From: Pristiophorus japonicus
Taxonomy: Eukaryota
Direction: 5' to 3'
Assembly: GCF_044704955.1 (NCBI RefSeq)
Contig: NC_091990.1
Location: 177,568,001 to 177,632,000, forward strand
DNA length: 64,000 nt
Shown here in pieces: positions 27,472 to 40,017 of this stretch. The notes beneath the pieces were generated by a model that saw nothing but the letters and a program-made list of their open reading frames with translations, ran no database searches and was not told the origin of the DNA. Both the position numbers and the translations under genes were made by a program. The first letter of the stretch is position 1. Each line of letters opens with the position of its first letter.

Positions 27472-29650
27472 AACATAAAAACATAGAAACATAGAAATTA
27501 GGTGCAGGAGTAGGCCATTCAGCCCTTCGAGCAGCATCACCATTCAATAAGATCATGGCTGATCATTCAACTTCAGTACCCCTTCCCTGTTTTCTCTCCA
27601 TACCCCTTGATCCCTTTGACCATAAGGACCATATCTAACTCCCTTTTGAATATATCTAATGAACTGGCCTCAACAACTTTCTGCAGTAGAGAATTCCACA
27701 GCTTAACCATTCTCTGAATGAAGAAGTTTCTCCTCATCTCGGTCCTAAATGGCCTACCCCTTATTCTTAGACTGTGACCCCTGGTTCTGGAACTGCCCAG
27801 CCACGGGAACATTCTTCCTGCATCTAACCTGTCCAATCCCATCAGAATTTTGTGTTTTTATGAGATCCCCTCTCATTCTTCTAAACTCCAGTGGATACAA
27901 GCCCAGTTGATCCAGTCTCTCCTCATATGTCAGTCCTGCCATCCCGGGAATCAATCTGGTGAACCTTCGCTGTACACCCTTAATAGCAAAAACGTCCTTC
28001 CTCAGATTAGGGGACCAAAACTGAACACAATATTCCAGGTGTGGCCTCACCAAGGCTCTGTACAACTGCATTAAGACCTCCCTGCTCCTATACTCAAATC
28101 CTCTAGCTATGAAGGCCAACATGCCATTTGCCTTCTTCACCACCTGCTGTACCTGCATGCCAAACTTCAATGACTGATGTACCATGACACCCAGGTTCCC
28201 TTTTCCTACTCTGTCACCATTCAGATAATATTCTGTCTTCCTGTTTTTGCCACCAAAGTGGATAAGCTCACATTTATCCACATTATACTGCATCTGCCAT
28301 GCATTTGCCCACTCACCTAACCTGTCCAAGTCACCCTGCAGTCTCTTATCATCTTCCTCACAGCTCACACTGCCACCCAGCTTAGTGTCATCTGCAAACT
28401 TGGAGATATTACATTCAATTCCTTCATCAAAATCATTGATGTTTATTGTAAATAGCTGGGGTCCCAGCACTGAGCCCTGTGGCACCCCACTAGTCACTGC
28501 CTGCCATTCTGAAAAGGACCCGTTTATTCCGACTCTCTGCTTCCTGTCTGCCAACCAGTTCTCTATCCATGTCAGTACATTATCCCCAATACCATGTGCT
28601 TTAATTTTACACACCAATCTCTGTGTGGGACCTTGTCAAAAGCCTTTTGAAAGTTCAAATACATCACAGCCACTAGTTCTCCCTTGTCCACTCTACTAGT
28701 TAAATCCTCAAAAAATTCTAGAAGATTTGTCAAGCATGATTTCCCTTTCATAAATCCATGCTGACTTAGACCAATCCTGTCACTGCTTTCCAAATGCGCT
28801 GCTATTTCATCTTTAATAATTGATTCCAACATTTTCCCCACCACCTAACCAGTCTATAATTCCCCGTTTTCTCGCTCCTTCCTTTTTTAAAAAGTGGTGT
28901 TACATTAGCTACCCTCCAGTCCATAGGAACTGATCCAGAGTCAATAGAATGTTGGAAAATGATCACCAATGCATCAACTATTTCTAGGGCCTCTTCCTTA
29001 AGTACTCTGGGATGCAGCCTATCAGGCCCTGGGGAATTATCGGCCTTCAATCCCATCAATTTCCTTAACACAATTTCCTGACTAATAAGGATTTCCTTCA
29101 GTTCCTCCTTTTCACTACACCCTCGAACCCCTAGTATTTCCGCAAGGTTATTTTTGTCTTCCTTAGTGAAGACAGATCCAAAGTATTTGTTCAATTGGTC
29201 TGCCATTTCTTTGTTCCCCATTATAAATTCACCTGATTCTGTCTGCAATGGACCCACTTTGGTCTTCACTAATCTTTTTCTCTTCACATATCTATGGAAG
29301 CTTTTGCAGTCAGTTTTTATGTTCCCAGCAAGCTTCCTCTCATACTTTATTTTCCCCCTCCTAATTAGACTCTTTGTCCTCCTCTGCTGAATTCTAAATT
29401 TCTCCCAGTCCTCAGGTTTGCTGCTTTTTCTCACCAATTTATATGCCTCTTCCTTGGATTTAAGACTATCCCTAATTTACCTTGTTAGCCATGGTTGAGC
29501 TACCTTCCCCTTTTTTTTTACTCCAGACAGGGATGTACAATTGTTGAAGTTCATCCATGTAATCTATAAATATCTGCCATTGCCTATCCACTGTCAACCC
29601 TCTAAGTATCATTTGCCAGTCTATCCTAGCCAATTCACGTCTCATACCCA
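27472..29650 (-). mobile_element. CR1 LINE, 5'-truncated
   Basis: RT motifs [10 protein letters not shown] and FADD; (TTTCTATG)n-type tail. Confidence 0.9.
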
Positions 29651-29763
29651 GTCATCTCTTCCAGCCCATCACCACATTTCTCTTGCACATATTAAGATTG
29701 CATAATCAGGTAAGAAGAATCTGATATGTAAGGTAAAGCAAACAACTGAAAATGACCCCTTAC

Positions 29764-30084
29764 CTTTTAGATCAAGTAGAAACTTGCGTTCAGTAGGCGT
29801 TATGGCTATCTTTGGATAAGCAACTTTCATTCTGTATAGGGCTTGATCATCACCAGGGATGGGAGTGAAGGTTAGTTTTGCTGTCTTGAACAGTCCTTGT
29901 TCACTGGCAAATTCTTCCATGCTTATTCTACATTTCTTACTATTTTGGATTATTTTCTCCCCTCTGAACCACTGTACTACTATCTCTCTCGAAAAGAACA
30001 TACTTATGGTACTGTACAAAGTTGCGTCCTGATTTGGTTGAGGGTTTGCAGTGAAAGCAATTTCTGATACTAATGGAAGGAGTG
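29764..30084 (-). CDS. Gene B post-TM Ig C1-like domain 4
   Basis: 321-nt phase-1/1 exon (tttatttcag| ... |gtaagg): ALLPLVSEIAFTANPQPNQDATLYSTISMFFSREIVVQWFRG...GLFKTAKLTFTPIPGDDQALYRMKVAYP...ERKFLLDLK. Both canonical cysteines are absent. Confidence 0.8.
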
Positions 30085-30342
30085 CTGAAATAAAATAATG
30101 AGAAACAGAGGTGGAGTAAGAAAATACATAAGGAATACTTGAAAGCACTTTTCATATATTATGTTCATTCTTATGAATGTTTCAAATATCTCACAATATC
30201 TCAGAAATTAACTACTGAAATTCGGTGCTACCAACTTATAGCTTAACAGTTCTCTCAATGATCATTACTCCCAGCAAAGTTAACTATGTGCGAAGATGTA
30301 ATTACTGCAGTATAATGTGATCGCCTGAAAGCTTCCTCTTAC

Positions 30343-30669
30343 CTTGAAGGTTAAACTGGAAACTGCGTTCAATGGGTGTTGAGGATAATCTTGTATGAAT
30401 AACTTGAATTCTGTATTCAATCTGATCATCATCAGAGACTGGAGTAAATGTTAATTTTGATGTCTTGTATAGACCATCATCAGAAATGGGCTCTTCCATA
30501 ATCACTCCATCTCCTTTGATCTGTTCTATTGTTTCCTTACCTCTGTACCATTCAACCTTAATCTCTTTTGGGAAGTATGTATGCACACAACAGGACAAAG
30601 TTACTCTGTTTCCTGGTTCAGGGCCAGGACTGCAGGTGATTTCTGATACAGTAGGCGGTAATACAAGTA
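30343..30669 (-). CDS. Gene B post-TM Ig C1-like domain 3
   Basis: 327-nt phase-1/1 exon (ttttgcag| ... |gtaaga): VLVLPPTVSEITCSPGPEPGNRVTLSCCVHTYFPKEIKVEWYRG...DDGLYKTSKLTFTPVSDDDQIEYRIQVIHT...ERSFQFNLQ. Confidence 0.85.
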
Positions 30670-30819
30670 CTGCAAAACACAAATGAATAATCAAGTACAT
30701 TGCACAAAGGTTTTATCACTTCGTTTTTGAAATAAATATACACTTGTATTTTCAAAACAATAATACAATCGGTAGTTATATTTAGTCTACTTCCCCCACT
30801 GCCCCCCCCCCCCCCACCC

Positions 30820-33700
30820 CTGCAGGAGTAGGCCTTTCAGCCCTTTGAGCCTGCACCACCATTCAATAAGATCATGGCTGATCATTCAGCTCAGTACCCC
30901 TTTCCTGCTTTCTCTCCATACCCCTTGATCCATTTAGCTGTAAGGGCCATATCTAACTCCCTCTTGAATATATCCAATGAACTGACATTAGCAACTCTCT
31001 GTAGTAGGGAATTCCACAAGTTAACAACTCTCTTCATCTCAGTCCTAAATGGCTTATACCTTATCCTTAGACTGTGTCCCCTGGTTCTGGACTTCCCCAA
31101 CATTGGGAACATTCAGCATCTAACCTGTTCAGTCCCATCAGAATTTTATATGTTTCTATGAGAACACCTCTCATCCTTCTAAACTCCAGTGAATACAGGC
31201 CCAGTCGATCTAGTTTCTCCTCATATGTCAGTCCTGCCATCCCGGGAATCAGCCTGGTGAACCTTCGTTGCACTCCCTCAATAGCAAGAATGTCTTTCCT
31301 CAGATTAGGAGACCAAAACTGAACACAATATTGCAGGTGAGGCCTCACCAAGGCCCTGTATAACTGCAGTAAGACCTCCCTGCTCCTATACTCAAATCCC
31401 CTTGCTATGAAGGCCAACATACCATTTGCCTTCTTCACCGCCTGCTGTACCTGCATGCCAACTTTCAATGACTGATGTACCATGACACCCAGGCCTCGCT
31501 GCACCTCCCCTTTTCCTAATCTGCCGCCATTCAGATAATATTCTGCCTTCGTGTTTTTGCCACCAAAGTGGATAACCTCACATTTATCCACATTATACTG
31601 CATTTGCCATGCATTTGCCCACTCATCTAACCTGTCCAAGTCACCCTGCAGCCTCTTAGCGTCCTCCTCACAGCTCACACCGCCACACAGCTAAGTGTCA
31701 TCCGCAAACTTGGAGATATTACACTCAATTCCTTCATCTAAATCATTAATGTATATTGTAAATAGCTGGGGTCCCAGCACTGAGCCCTGCAGCAACCCAC
31801 TAGTCACTGCCTGCCATTCTGAAAAGGACCCGTTTATCCCGACTCTCTGCTTCCTGTCGGCCAATCAGTTCTCTATCCACATCAGTCATCATCATCATAG
31901 GTAGTCCCTCGAGTCGAGGATGACTTGCTTCCACGTCAAAAAATTCACAGGTGTTTCAATGAGGGACCTAAAATTCCAGGTCCGAACAAAATCTTGAAGG
32001 GTGAAAAATGCCTGTGCGTGGATTTTTTTTAACGTGTGGTGACCGTTGCACACCAGCCACCACACAGGCTCGACAGAGCTAGGTCTTGGTCCAGTAGCAA
32101 GGGTTATCCAAGACGACTGGAGACCAGATCTGCTGCACGGACCTAGTGCGCACACATATCGCAGTGTGGGCTGGGCCCGTGCTGCCCCTGGCCCTCGCCT
32201 CTTCTGGGCCCCGAACTCACGCTTCTCCTGAGCCCCGATCACGTCCCTCTACAATCTCTAACTGCTCCTTCGCTCCGACCTTGCTGCTCCTGCAGTACAT
32301 GCCCATGCTCCAATCACCGACCTGGAACTTGATGACCTCACTCTTCGCTGCCGTTGCTCTCCTGCTCCAGCACTTGCTGCTCCCTGGAATGGTATGCTGC
32401 CACGCTGCCCCTTCCGCTCTCGTCCTGCTCTGATGGTGCTCGCGCCCACGTCAGTACATTACCCCCAATACCATGAGCTTTAATTTTGCACACCAATCTC
32501 TTGTGTGGGTCCTTGTCAAAAACCTTTTGAAAGTCCAAATACACCACATCCACTGGTTCTCCCTTATCCACTCTACTAGTTACATCCTCAAAAAATTCTA
32601 GAAGATTTGTCAAGCATGATTTCCCTTTCATAAATCCATGCTGACTTGGACCAATCCTGTCACTGCTTTCCAAATGCGCTGCTATTTCATCTTTAATAAT
32701 TGATTCCAACATTTTCCCCACTACTGATGTCAGGCTAACCGGTCTATAATTTCCCCGTTTTCTCTCTCCCTTCTTTTTTAAAAAGTGGGGTTACATTAGC
32801 TACCCTCCAGTCCAGAAGAACTGATCCAGAGTCAATAGACTGTTGGAAAATGATCACCAATGCATCCAATATATCTAGGGCCACTTCCTTAATACTCTGG
32901 GATGCAGACTATCAGGCCCTGAGGATTTATTGGCCCTCAATCCCATCAATTTCCCTAACACAATTTCCCACCTAATACGGATTTCCTTGAGTTCCTCCTT
33001 CTCACTAGACCCTCAGTCCCCAAGTATTAGCGGAAGTTTATTTGTGTCTTCCTTCGTGAAGCCAGAACCAAAGTGTTTGTTCAACTGGTCTGCCATTTCT
33101 TTGTTCCCCATTATAAATTCACCTGAATCCAACTGCAAGGGTCCTACGTTTGTCTTTACTAATCTTTTTCTCTTCATATATCTATCAAAGCTTTTGCAGT
33201 CAGATTTTATGTTCCCAGCAAGCTTCCTCTCATACTCTATTTCCCCCCTCCTAATTAGACCCTTTGTCCTTCAATTGTTGAAGTTCATCCATGTGATCTT
33301 TAAATGTTTGCCATTGCCTATTCTCCGTCAACCCTTTATGTATCATTCGCCAGTCTATTCTAGCCAATTCACGCCGCATTCCATCGGAGTTACCTTTCCT
33401 TAAGTTCAGGACCCTAGTTTCTGAATTAACTGTGTCACTCTCCATCTTAATAAAGAATTCTACCATGTTATGGTCACTCTTCCCCAAGGGACCTCGCACA
33501 ACAGGATTGCTAATTAGTCCTTTCTCATTACACATCACCCAGTCTAGGATGGCCAGCCCTCTGGTTGGTTCCTCGACATATTGGTCCAGAAAACTATCCC
33601 TAATACACTCTAGGAAATCCTCCTCCACTGTATTGCTACTAGTTTGGTTAGCCCAATCAATATGTAGATTAAAGTCGCCCATGATAACTGCTGTACCTTT
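30820..33700 (-). mobile_element. CR1 LINE (APE + RT), interrupted by a SINE-like insert
   Basis: MGDFN/SDH endonuclease motifs and RT motifs; insertion at 31887-32445. Confidence 0.9.
31887..32445 (-). mobile_element. Non-coding SINE-like element with an RTE 3' tail
   Basis: 10-bp TSD CCAC(A/G)TCAGT inside the CR1. Tail GTGGAAGCAAGTCATCCTCG...CCTATGATGATG is shared with the RTE copies. Other copies at 550-716 and 48737-49043. Confidence 0.8.
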
Positions 33701-35092
33701 ACCTTAAAACCACTAAATGGGAGGAAAACAATGTCTAAATGCCTCTCCAGTTTTCAAACACCATTAATGCAGGTAGCATTACGTTTTGGTTTCCTTGTAT
33801 CATTTTCCACCTGCTGCAGCGACAACTGCAACTTTCAATCAAGGCGAGGACCGCATTGCCAGTGGCTGAGCAGGCAGATGACGATGTTAATCAGCGTGCA
33901 ATGCTGATTTGATGCCAGCGATTAACTGTGACTGTGACTGTGGTGATTAACTTTTTTGTGCAGACATCTCTCACATTGTTCCACACTGAGGTTCAGGTAG
34001 GAGAATTGCTCCCTGAACAGCCTGGGTGGATATGACTACCTGCCTTTCTCCCCCTTCTTTCCCCTTCCTCTTCCAGCAACTTGTCCTGCTCTGCATCCCC
34101 TCTGTTTATTCTCCAGGTCATGCTATATTCCAAGGGGAATTTCTACTCGTGAGCCCAGGTCTGGCAGCAAATGGTTTGTACAGAAGCCTTGAGTTCAGGA
34201 AAAAGTCCTTCACCACCTGACACCCCACTCCTTGTACTCTTTGGCAATGTCAAACAACTATAGAAAGCACCAGTAGATAGATGTGTACCAACAGCCAGAA
34301 GAAATCAAACAGCTACTAACCTGTATGTAGTTGATGATCCCTTTAAATAGCGCTGCTTGAGGGTCCTCCATGCTGCTGAGCGTGTGTTCAGCTTTGCAAG
34401 GTTACCTGGAGCACTGAGCTCAGAAATGGCTGCACTGGCATCAAATCAGCAATGCACGCTGATTCACATCATGATCTGCCTGCTCTGCATTCTTCTGGCA
34501 GGCATTCACTGTGTGCGTACTAACACCTTCACCAATATGGCGTCCGACGCGATGCGCCACCAAAGTGCGCACCGCAGACGCCATTTTGGAGCTCGAAGGG
34601 CACTCATAGCACCCAAAAGACAGGCACTACAGATCCAAATTTTGAGCCACTTGTTCGTTCAAATATGTAGATCAAATAATACCAATCATTTTCTACTTAA
34701 AGATACTTTACAATAAATATATTTTCGCCAATCTTCACTTTCTGCCCGATAGGTGAAAAATATAATGTTTCAAACATTGCTGTTGCCGATTTTAAAATAC
34801 ACAAACACTAACTGTAACTGCCTGCAGCCAGTTTCTCACCCATTACTCTGATCCAATGTTTAATATATCTTGTCAGAATATTTAACCCAATGATCATAAT
34901 ATAATTTAATCTCGTACTATCAAAAACAGTTAAAAAAAAACTCCACTAGTCAAATACCTCTTACATAGTGCATACAAATTTCCTTCAGCAAATTAAGTTT
35001 ATTAATCACAAGATCCACTCATGACTCCTGTTATGCCTTAATATGTTGAAATACTATAGTGCAAAGGAAACAAATTAAAATATTCCGCTTAC

Positions 35093-35416
35093 CCGGCAGG
35101 ATTAGATTCATACTGCGTTCAACAGATATTGCTGACACACGTGGATGAGTAACTTTAATGCTGTATTCCACTTGATTGTCATCCAAGATGGGACTGAAAA
35201 TTGCTTTTGCAATTATATTGGGCAATCCACTTTCAGAAAATCCCCTTTCCTTCACTATTCCAAAGTTATCTCCATTTATGATTTCCACTTTGTCTCTGTA
35301 CCATTGAACCTCAATGTCTTTTGGAAACACTGTACTTATGGTGCAGAGCAATGTGACTTCTTTTCCTGCCTCAGCATCAGGGCTACAGGTGAGTTCTGAT
35401 ACGCTGGGGGGTGGCA
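35093..35416 (-). CDS. Gene B post-TM Ig C1-like domain 2
   Basis: 324-nt phase-1/1 exon (attccag| ... |gtaagc): VPPPSVSELTCSPDAEAGKEVTLLCTISTVFPKDIEVQWYR...DDNQVEYSIKVTHP. 83/108 residues identical to domain 1 by manual count. Confidence 0.85.
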
Positions 35417-36950
35417 CTGGAATGCAGAAAAAAATGGGGGAAAACATAGATAAAGACCTTCATTATGTCTCAACAATATCTGTTTTAGAAATATGGATAT
35501 CACTTTATTTGTAATGAAGCATATTTCCAGGTTGTAACATACTGAGAGTGCCAGGTTGGCATATCCTGAAACCCACTAGTGTGCTACAATCTTGGAAAAA
35601 TACCCCAAAATACTCAAACATTATTCGTTAATTAAAGTACAGAGTTTCCTGAATTCTACCATTCAACCTCTGTTGTTAAAGTGCCCATGTCTTGCCAATT
35701 TTTCTTTTATGTTATAAAATGTCACTATTACAGCTATCAGCTTTTGACAAGTGGGTTTGCATCAGTTGATAGGAAGAAGCAATGTATTTTAATATTAAAA
35801 CACCAGGCCAGGGTTATAATAAGCTTGAATAATGTCCAGTGTTAATGCGCAATTACAAGTTTAGTGACATCATACAGCCATGAAGACATAATATGAAAGA
35901 TACTCTGTTTTAGTTTAAAGATATTTGCTGCAGCCACACGCAAAAGGCTAAAAGCTCTGTGTAATTGTATTTATTGTAAAGGCAAGTGGTGAACCAAACA
36001 GTTTTTAAAGGGTGAAGTTGAGGTTTGCAATACTTACAACATAAGGATGAACAATCAAGAGATATTTCTGATACATTGGCTAGAAGTTTTCTCAAAATAA
36101 AATTGCAAGTAAATAGATACTTGTACTTTGAACACAATCAAAATTCCCTTTTATTCTAGACTTTTCATGTTAGATTAAAACTACTAAATGGGAGAAAAAC
36201 AATATCTAAATGTCTCTTAGTTTTCAAATGCCATGAATGGTGGCAGTATAAAGTTTTGCTTTCCTTGCATTATTTTCCAAATTATCCAAATTGTTTCATT
36301 CTCACCTTTCCTTCCACATAGCCTTCATCTTGATAACTTTCAAACTTTGTCTTTCCTGCGTTTTTCTCTTTTACTTCGAGGATTTATCCTCACACCACCT
36401 TTACCCGATACCTCTTTATTGCTTATATGAGAAATTGCAATCAAACAAAACCATATATGGCTCTGAGAAGGCACTTAGCCATATAAAAGATAATCTGAAC
36501 CCAGAAATTACTGTTCACAATATTAACTGGTCAATGCTGTCTGCTATTTTAATGCAGGTATTAACCTGTTTATTTTAAATGGATTAATATTCTTGCTAAA
36601 ATAGCAGGCAGGGGAACACTAAACAAACATAAGTGCATATCCACTAATATCACCAACTGTAATTTCTAGGCTTTACATTCTAATGACACGTTAATGAGAT
36701 TTTATAAATGTTCATGCTACCTGTCATCTCATATAAGAAGCTTTATTAAAGGGCCAGCACACTGTGATTGATATATTTTATAAATTTATCTCAATGTTAC
36801 AGGTATCTCAATGTTACAGGTAAGGAGCAAAGAATGTCTGTAGAAAAGACCAAACGGACTGCAATGACACAGGACAACTCTAATAGCAATTATCATATAT
36901 ACTTCACAATTTGAGCTAATTAAAATGCTTGATTTTTCTTTCAAAAGTAC

Positions 36951-37900
36951 GGGCCCAAGTTTCCACATGATTTGCGCCTGATTTTTAGGAGCAACTGGTG
37001 GAGAACGGACTATCTTAGAAATCGCAATTCTCCACATTTTTTTTTCTGCAGTTCTAGTCAGGTAGAACAGTTCTAGTTTAGAACAGAATTTTTTCTTCAA
37101 AAGGGGGCGTGTCTGGCCACTGACGCCTGATTTGAAAGATTCCACAGTGAAAACATACTCCAAACTAAAGTAGAATGGAGCAAGTGAAGATTTTTGTAGA
37201 ACTGAAAAAACCTGTTCTACACATTAAAAAATGAGGCGCAGGTTACAAATTAGGCATCCAGAACGAGGTGGGGGGGGGGGGAAGGGAAGTCATTAAATTC
37301 TACAATCAATCCTTATTTATACTTCTACAAATATTATACAAATAAATCCATCCTGAATAAACATTTATAAGCAAAGAAAAGATTAAATAAACCATCTTCC
37401 TACCTGTGTGAAAGTGCTTCAGCCATCGTTCGAAGGAAACCGCCATTTGTTGCTGCGCAGATGAGGGAGGGGAAGGAGACAGCGGTTTGTTGCCGCAGAG
37501 GGGAGGGAGGGGAAGGAGACAGTGAGAAGGGTAGCCTCAGTGCTGATGTGCTGATGGCAATGTGCTTTTATTAAAAAATGTTCAAAAATTAAACAGCTAC
37601 AAAGAACTACAAAAATGGCCGAGTGCCAATGTTTTCTTCACACTGAGCATGCGCGAACGCTCCAACGCGCACGCGCAGCGTTGACGGCAGAAAAAAACTA
37701 ATTTAAATAGTACCCGCCCCCTCCCACTTACAAAATCGGTGCGAGTGTAGGCTCCGCCCCCTGGGCACCGCGCCAAACAGACAAGGAGCTGCAAAGCGCT
37801 CGAGAATAGCGCGTTTTTTTTCTGGCGCTGTTTTAGGCGTGAAAAACGGGCGCCCAGCTCAGAGGGGCGCCCTTTTTTTATCCTGTGGAAACTTGGGCCC
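36951..37900. mobile_element. Non-autonomous PIF/Harbinger-like element
   Basis: Same TIRs; perfect 3-bp TSD TAC. Confidence 0.85.
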
Positions 37901-38101
37901 TACAAGTCAATCAAGCTACTAAACAATAAGTCAAGCTACTAAAATAAGGTACTTTACAAAAAATATCCTGTCTTCATTTTCTGCCTGATGAGTGAAAAAT
38001 AAAATCAATGATTTATCTTTATTGTTTTTAAAGTTTCTAATATTCCTATCACCAATTTTAAAATGCACTAATACCAGCTGTAACTGCCCTAAGGACACAA
38101 T

Positions 38102-39376
38102 GGCCCGGAATTTGCAGTCAGCAGGGAAGGGAAGGCATTTGCTACTGGCCCCGAATCACAAGGATCTCGCAATCCCTGTGTTGAGAACTTTGGATTTTCC
38201 GTCCTTCAATTCAATGTAGTGGGGATCCCTTTGTGCGAACTGCTGCGATGTCAACAGGCTGTCTAAGCAGCCAATCAAAATGCAGAATTCTCACAGACAA
38301 TGACTAAGGAAATGGATAAGCTCTTAAAGTTCTACGGGCTAAAAATTCAGTATAGCCCGGTTTGAGGTGGTGACACCGCCTGGTCGCTAATTTTAGCGCT
38401 GGATGATGTTTACCGCCTCTAACTGGGACATTCAGTTTTAGCGTCAAGAGGGGAGTGGAGCATGAAGGGAATGAGTCCACACTCCTCTTAGGGCACTAGC
38501 CCCAATTCCTGGGGCGCTAGCGTGTAATCACAACTGAAGTTTTGGCGCTAGGAAACCGCACCCTGTGAAATAAGTTGGAATAAGTGCACAAAAACTAAGT
38601 GGAAATGGAAAAATCGCAACTTATGGACCCCCACCTGCTCAGCCGTCTCCTTATCGCACCCGAAGGTTAGAGAATGGCTGCTTTCACTGTCGCGATTATC
38701 GGCAAGCGCTAAGGCAGGCGAACCCAATGAAGTTCGCCACCACGGTGCTAACGGGGCTTTGCGCGTGAATCTGTGTCACCAAGTGGGTGGTGCCAATGTG
38801 CGCACCGCTAACTGTTAGCGCCACCGGGGAAACTCTACTGAAGTTCCCGGGAGGTGATGCCAAAACGGCGCTCGGTCGATATGTGTCTCGCGGCCCGTTA
38901 GCGCCCCTCTCAGGTGGTAACAGGTGGCACTAAGCAACCGAATTTTGGCCTCTAACTTTTAAAAAATGTAAGAGAGAGCAAAACAAAGATTAGTTCTTAC
39001 ATGGGGAAAAGGCAAACCTGAAATAAAGATGGACAAACTTTAAAAATTTTTTGAAAAGTTTCTTAAAAATTTAAATTTTAATTAAAATGGACAAATGTCA
39101 CACTGAGTAAAAATAAAAAATAAATTTTGCCAGTCTTAATGATTTGACTGATTACACAGATTGCTGGCTCTGTGGGGTGGGGGGTGGGGGGTGCGGGGTG
39201 GGGGAAATGGGGTGTGGGGGCACAGCACAACGTGTTTCCCAGCTGTCAATGACTGATAGAAACTTTGGAATTTCCGCATGCGCCTGAACCAAATCCCGCA
39301 GTTACGGTCAGTTTCAAAGGCAGAATAACAACGAATGCTTCCAGTTCACCATCATGCCGACTGCAAATTCCAGGCC
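38102..39376. mobile_element. Nested Harbinger-like MITEs
   Basis: Outer GGCCCGGAATTTGCAGTC ... GACTGCAAATTCCAGGCC; inner GGGCTAAAAATTC ... GAATTTTGGCC (about 38336-38951). Confidence 0.6.
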
Positions 39377-39619
39377 AACGTCTTCCGCTAGTTTCTCACC
39401 CCATTAAACTGAGCCAATATCTAATACAGCTTGCTGTCAGAATATTCAACATAATCATAATGTTAATCTAATATTTCAAAAAAATGGCTTTAATAAATTA
39501 ACTTCCCTAGTCAACTGCCGTATCTTTCTCATACAGTGCAAAATCAATTTTTCTCCAATCATGCCTTAAAATATTTAAATAGTATAGTGCAATGGAACCA
39601 AATGAAGCTGGACCCTTAC

Positions 39620-39943
39620 CCTGCAGGATTAGCTTCAAACTACGTTCAACAGGTATTGCCGATGCCCGTGGATAAATAACTTTAATGCTGTATTTCACTT
39701 GGTTGTCATCCAAGACGGGAATGAAATTTGCTTTTGCAATTATATTAGGCAATCCATCTTCAGGAAATCGCTCTTCCATCACCATTCCAACGTTACCTCC
39801 ATTTATGATTTCCACTTTGTTTCTGTACCATTGAACCTCAATGTCTTTTGGAAACAACGTACTTATGGTACAGAGCAATGTGACTTCTTTTCCTGGCTCA
39901 GCATCAGGGCTACAGGTGAGTTCTGATACTGTGAGGCGTGGCA
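39620..39943 (-). CDS. Gene B post-TM (predicted cytoplasmic) Ig C1-like domain 1
   Basis: 324-nt phase-1/1 exon (attcag| ... |gtaagg): VPRLTVSELTCSPDAEPGKEVTLLCTISTLFPKDIEVQWYR...DDNQVKYSIKVIYP...VERSLKLILQ. Confidence 0.85.
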
Positions 39944-40017
39944 CTGAATCATAGAAAAGAATGAGGAAAAGCATAAATGTAGACCTTCATGATGACCTAA
40001 GCGTAACTCAACAATAT

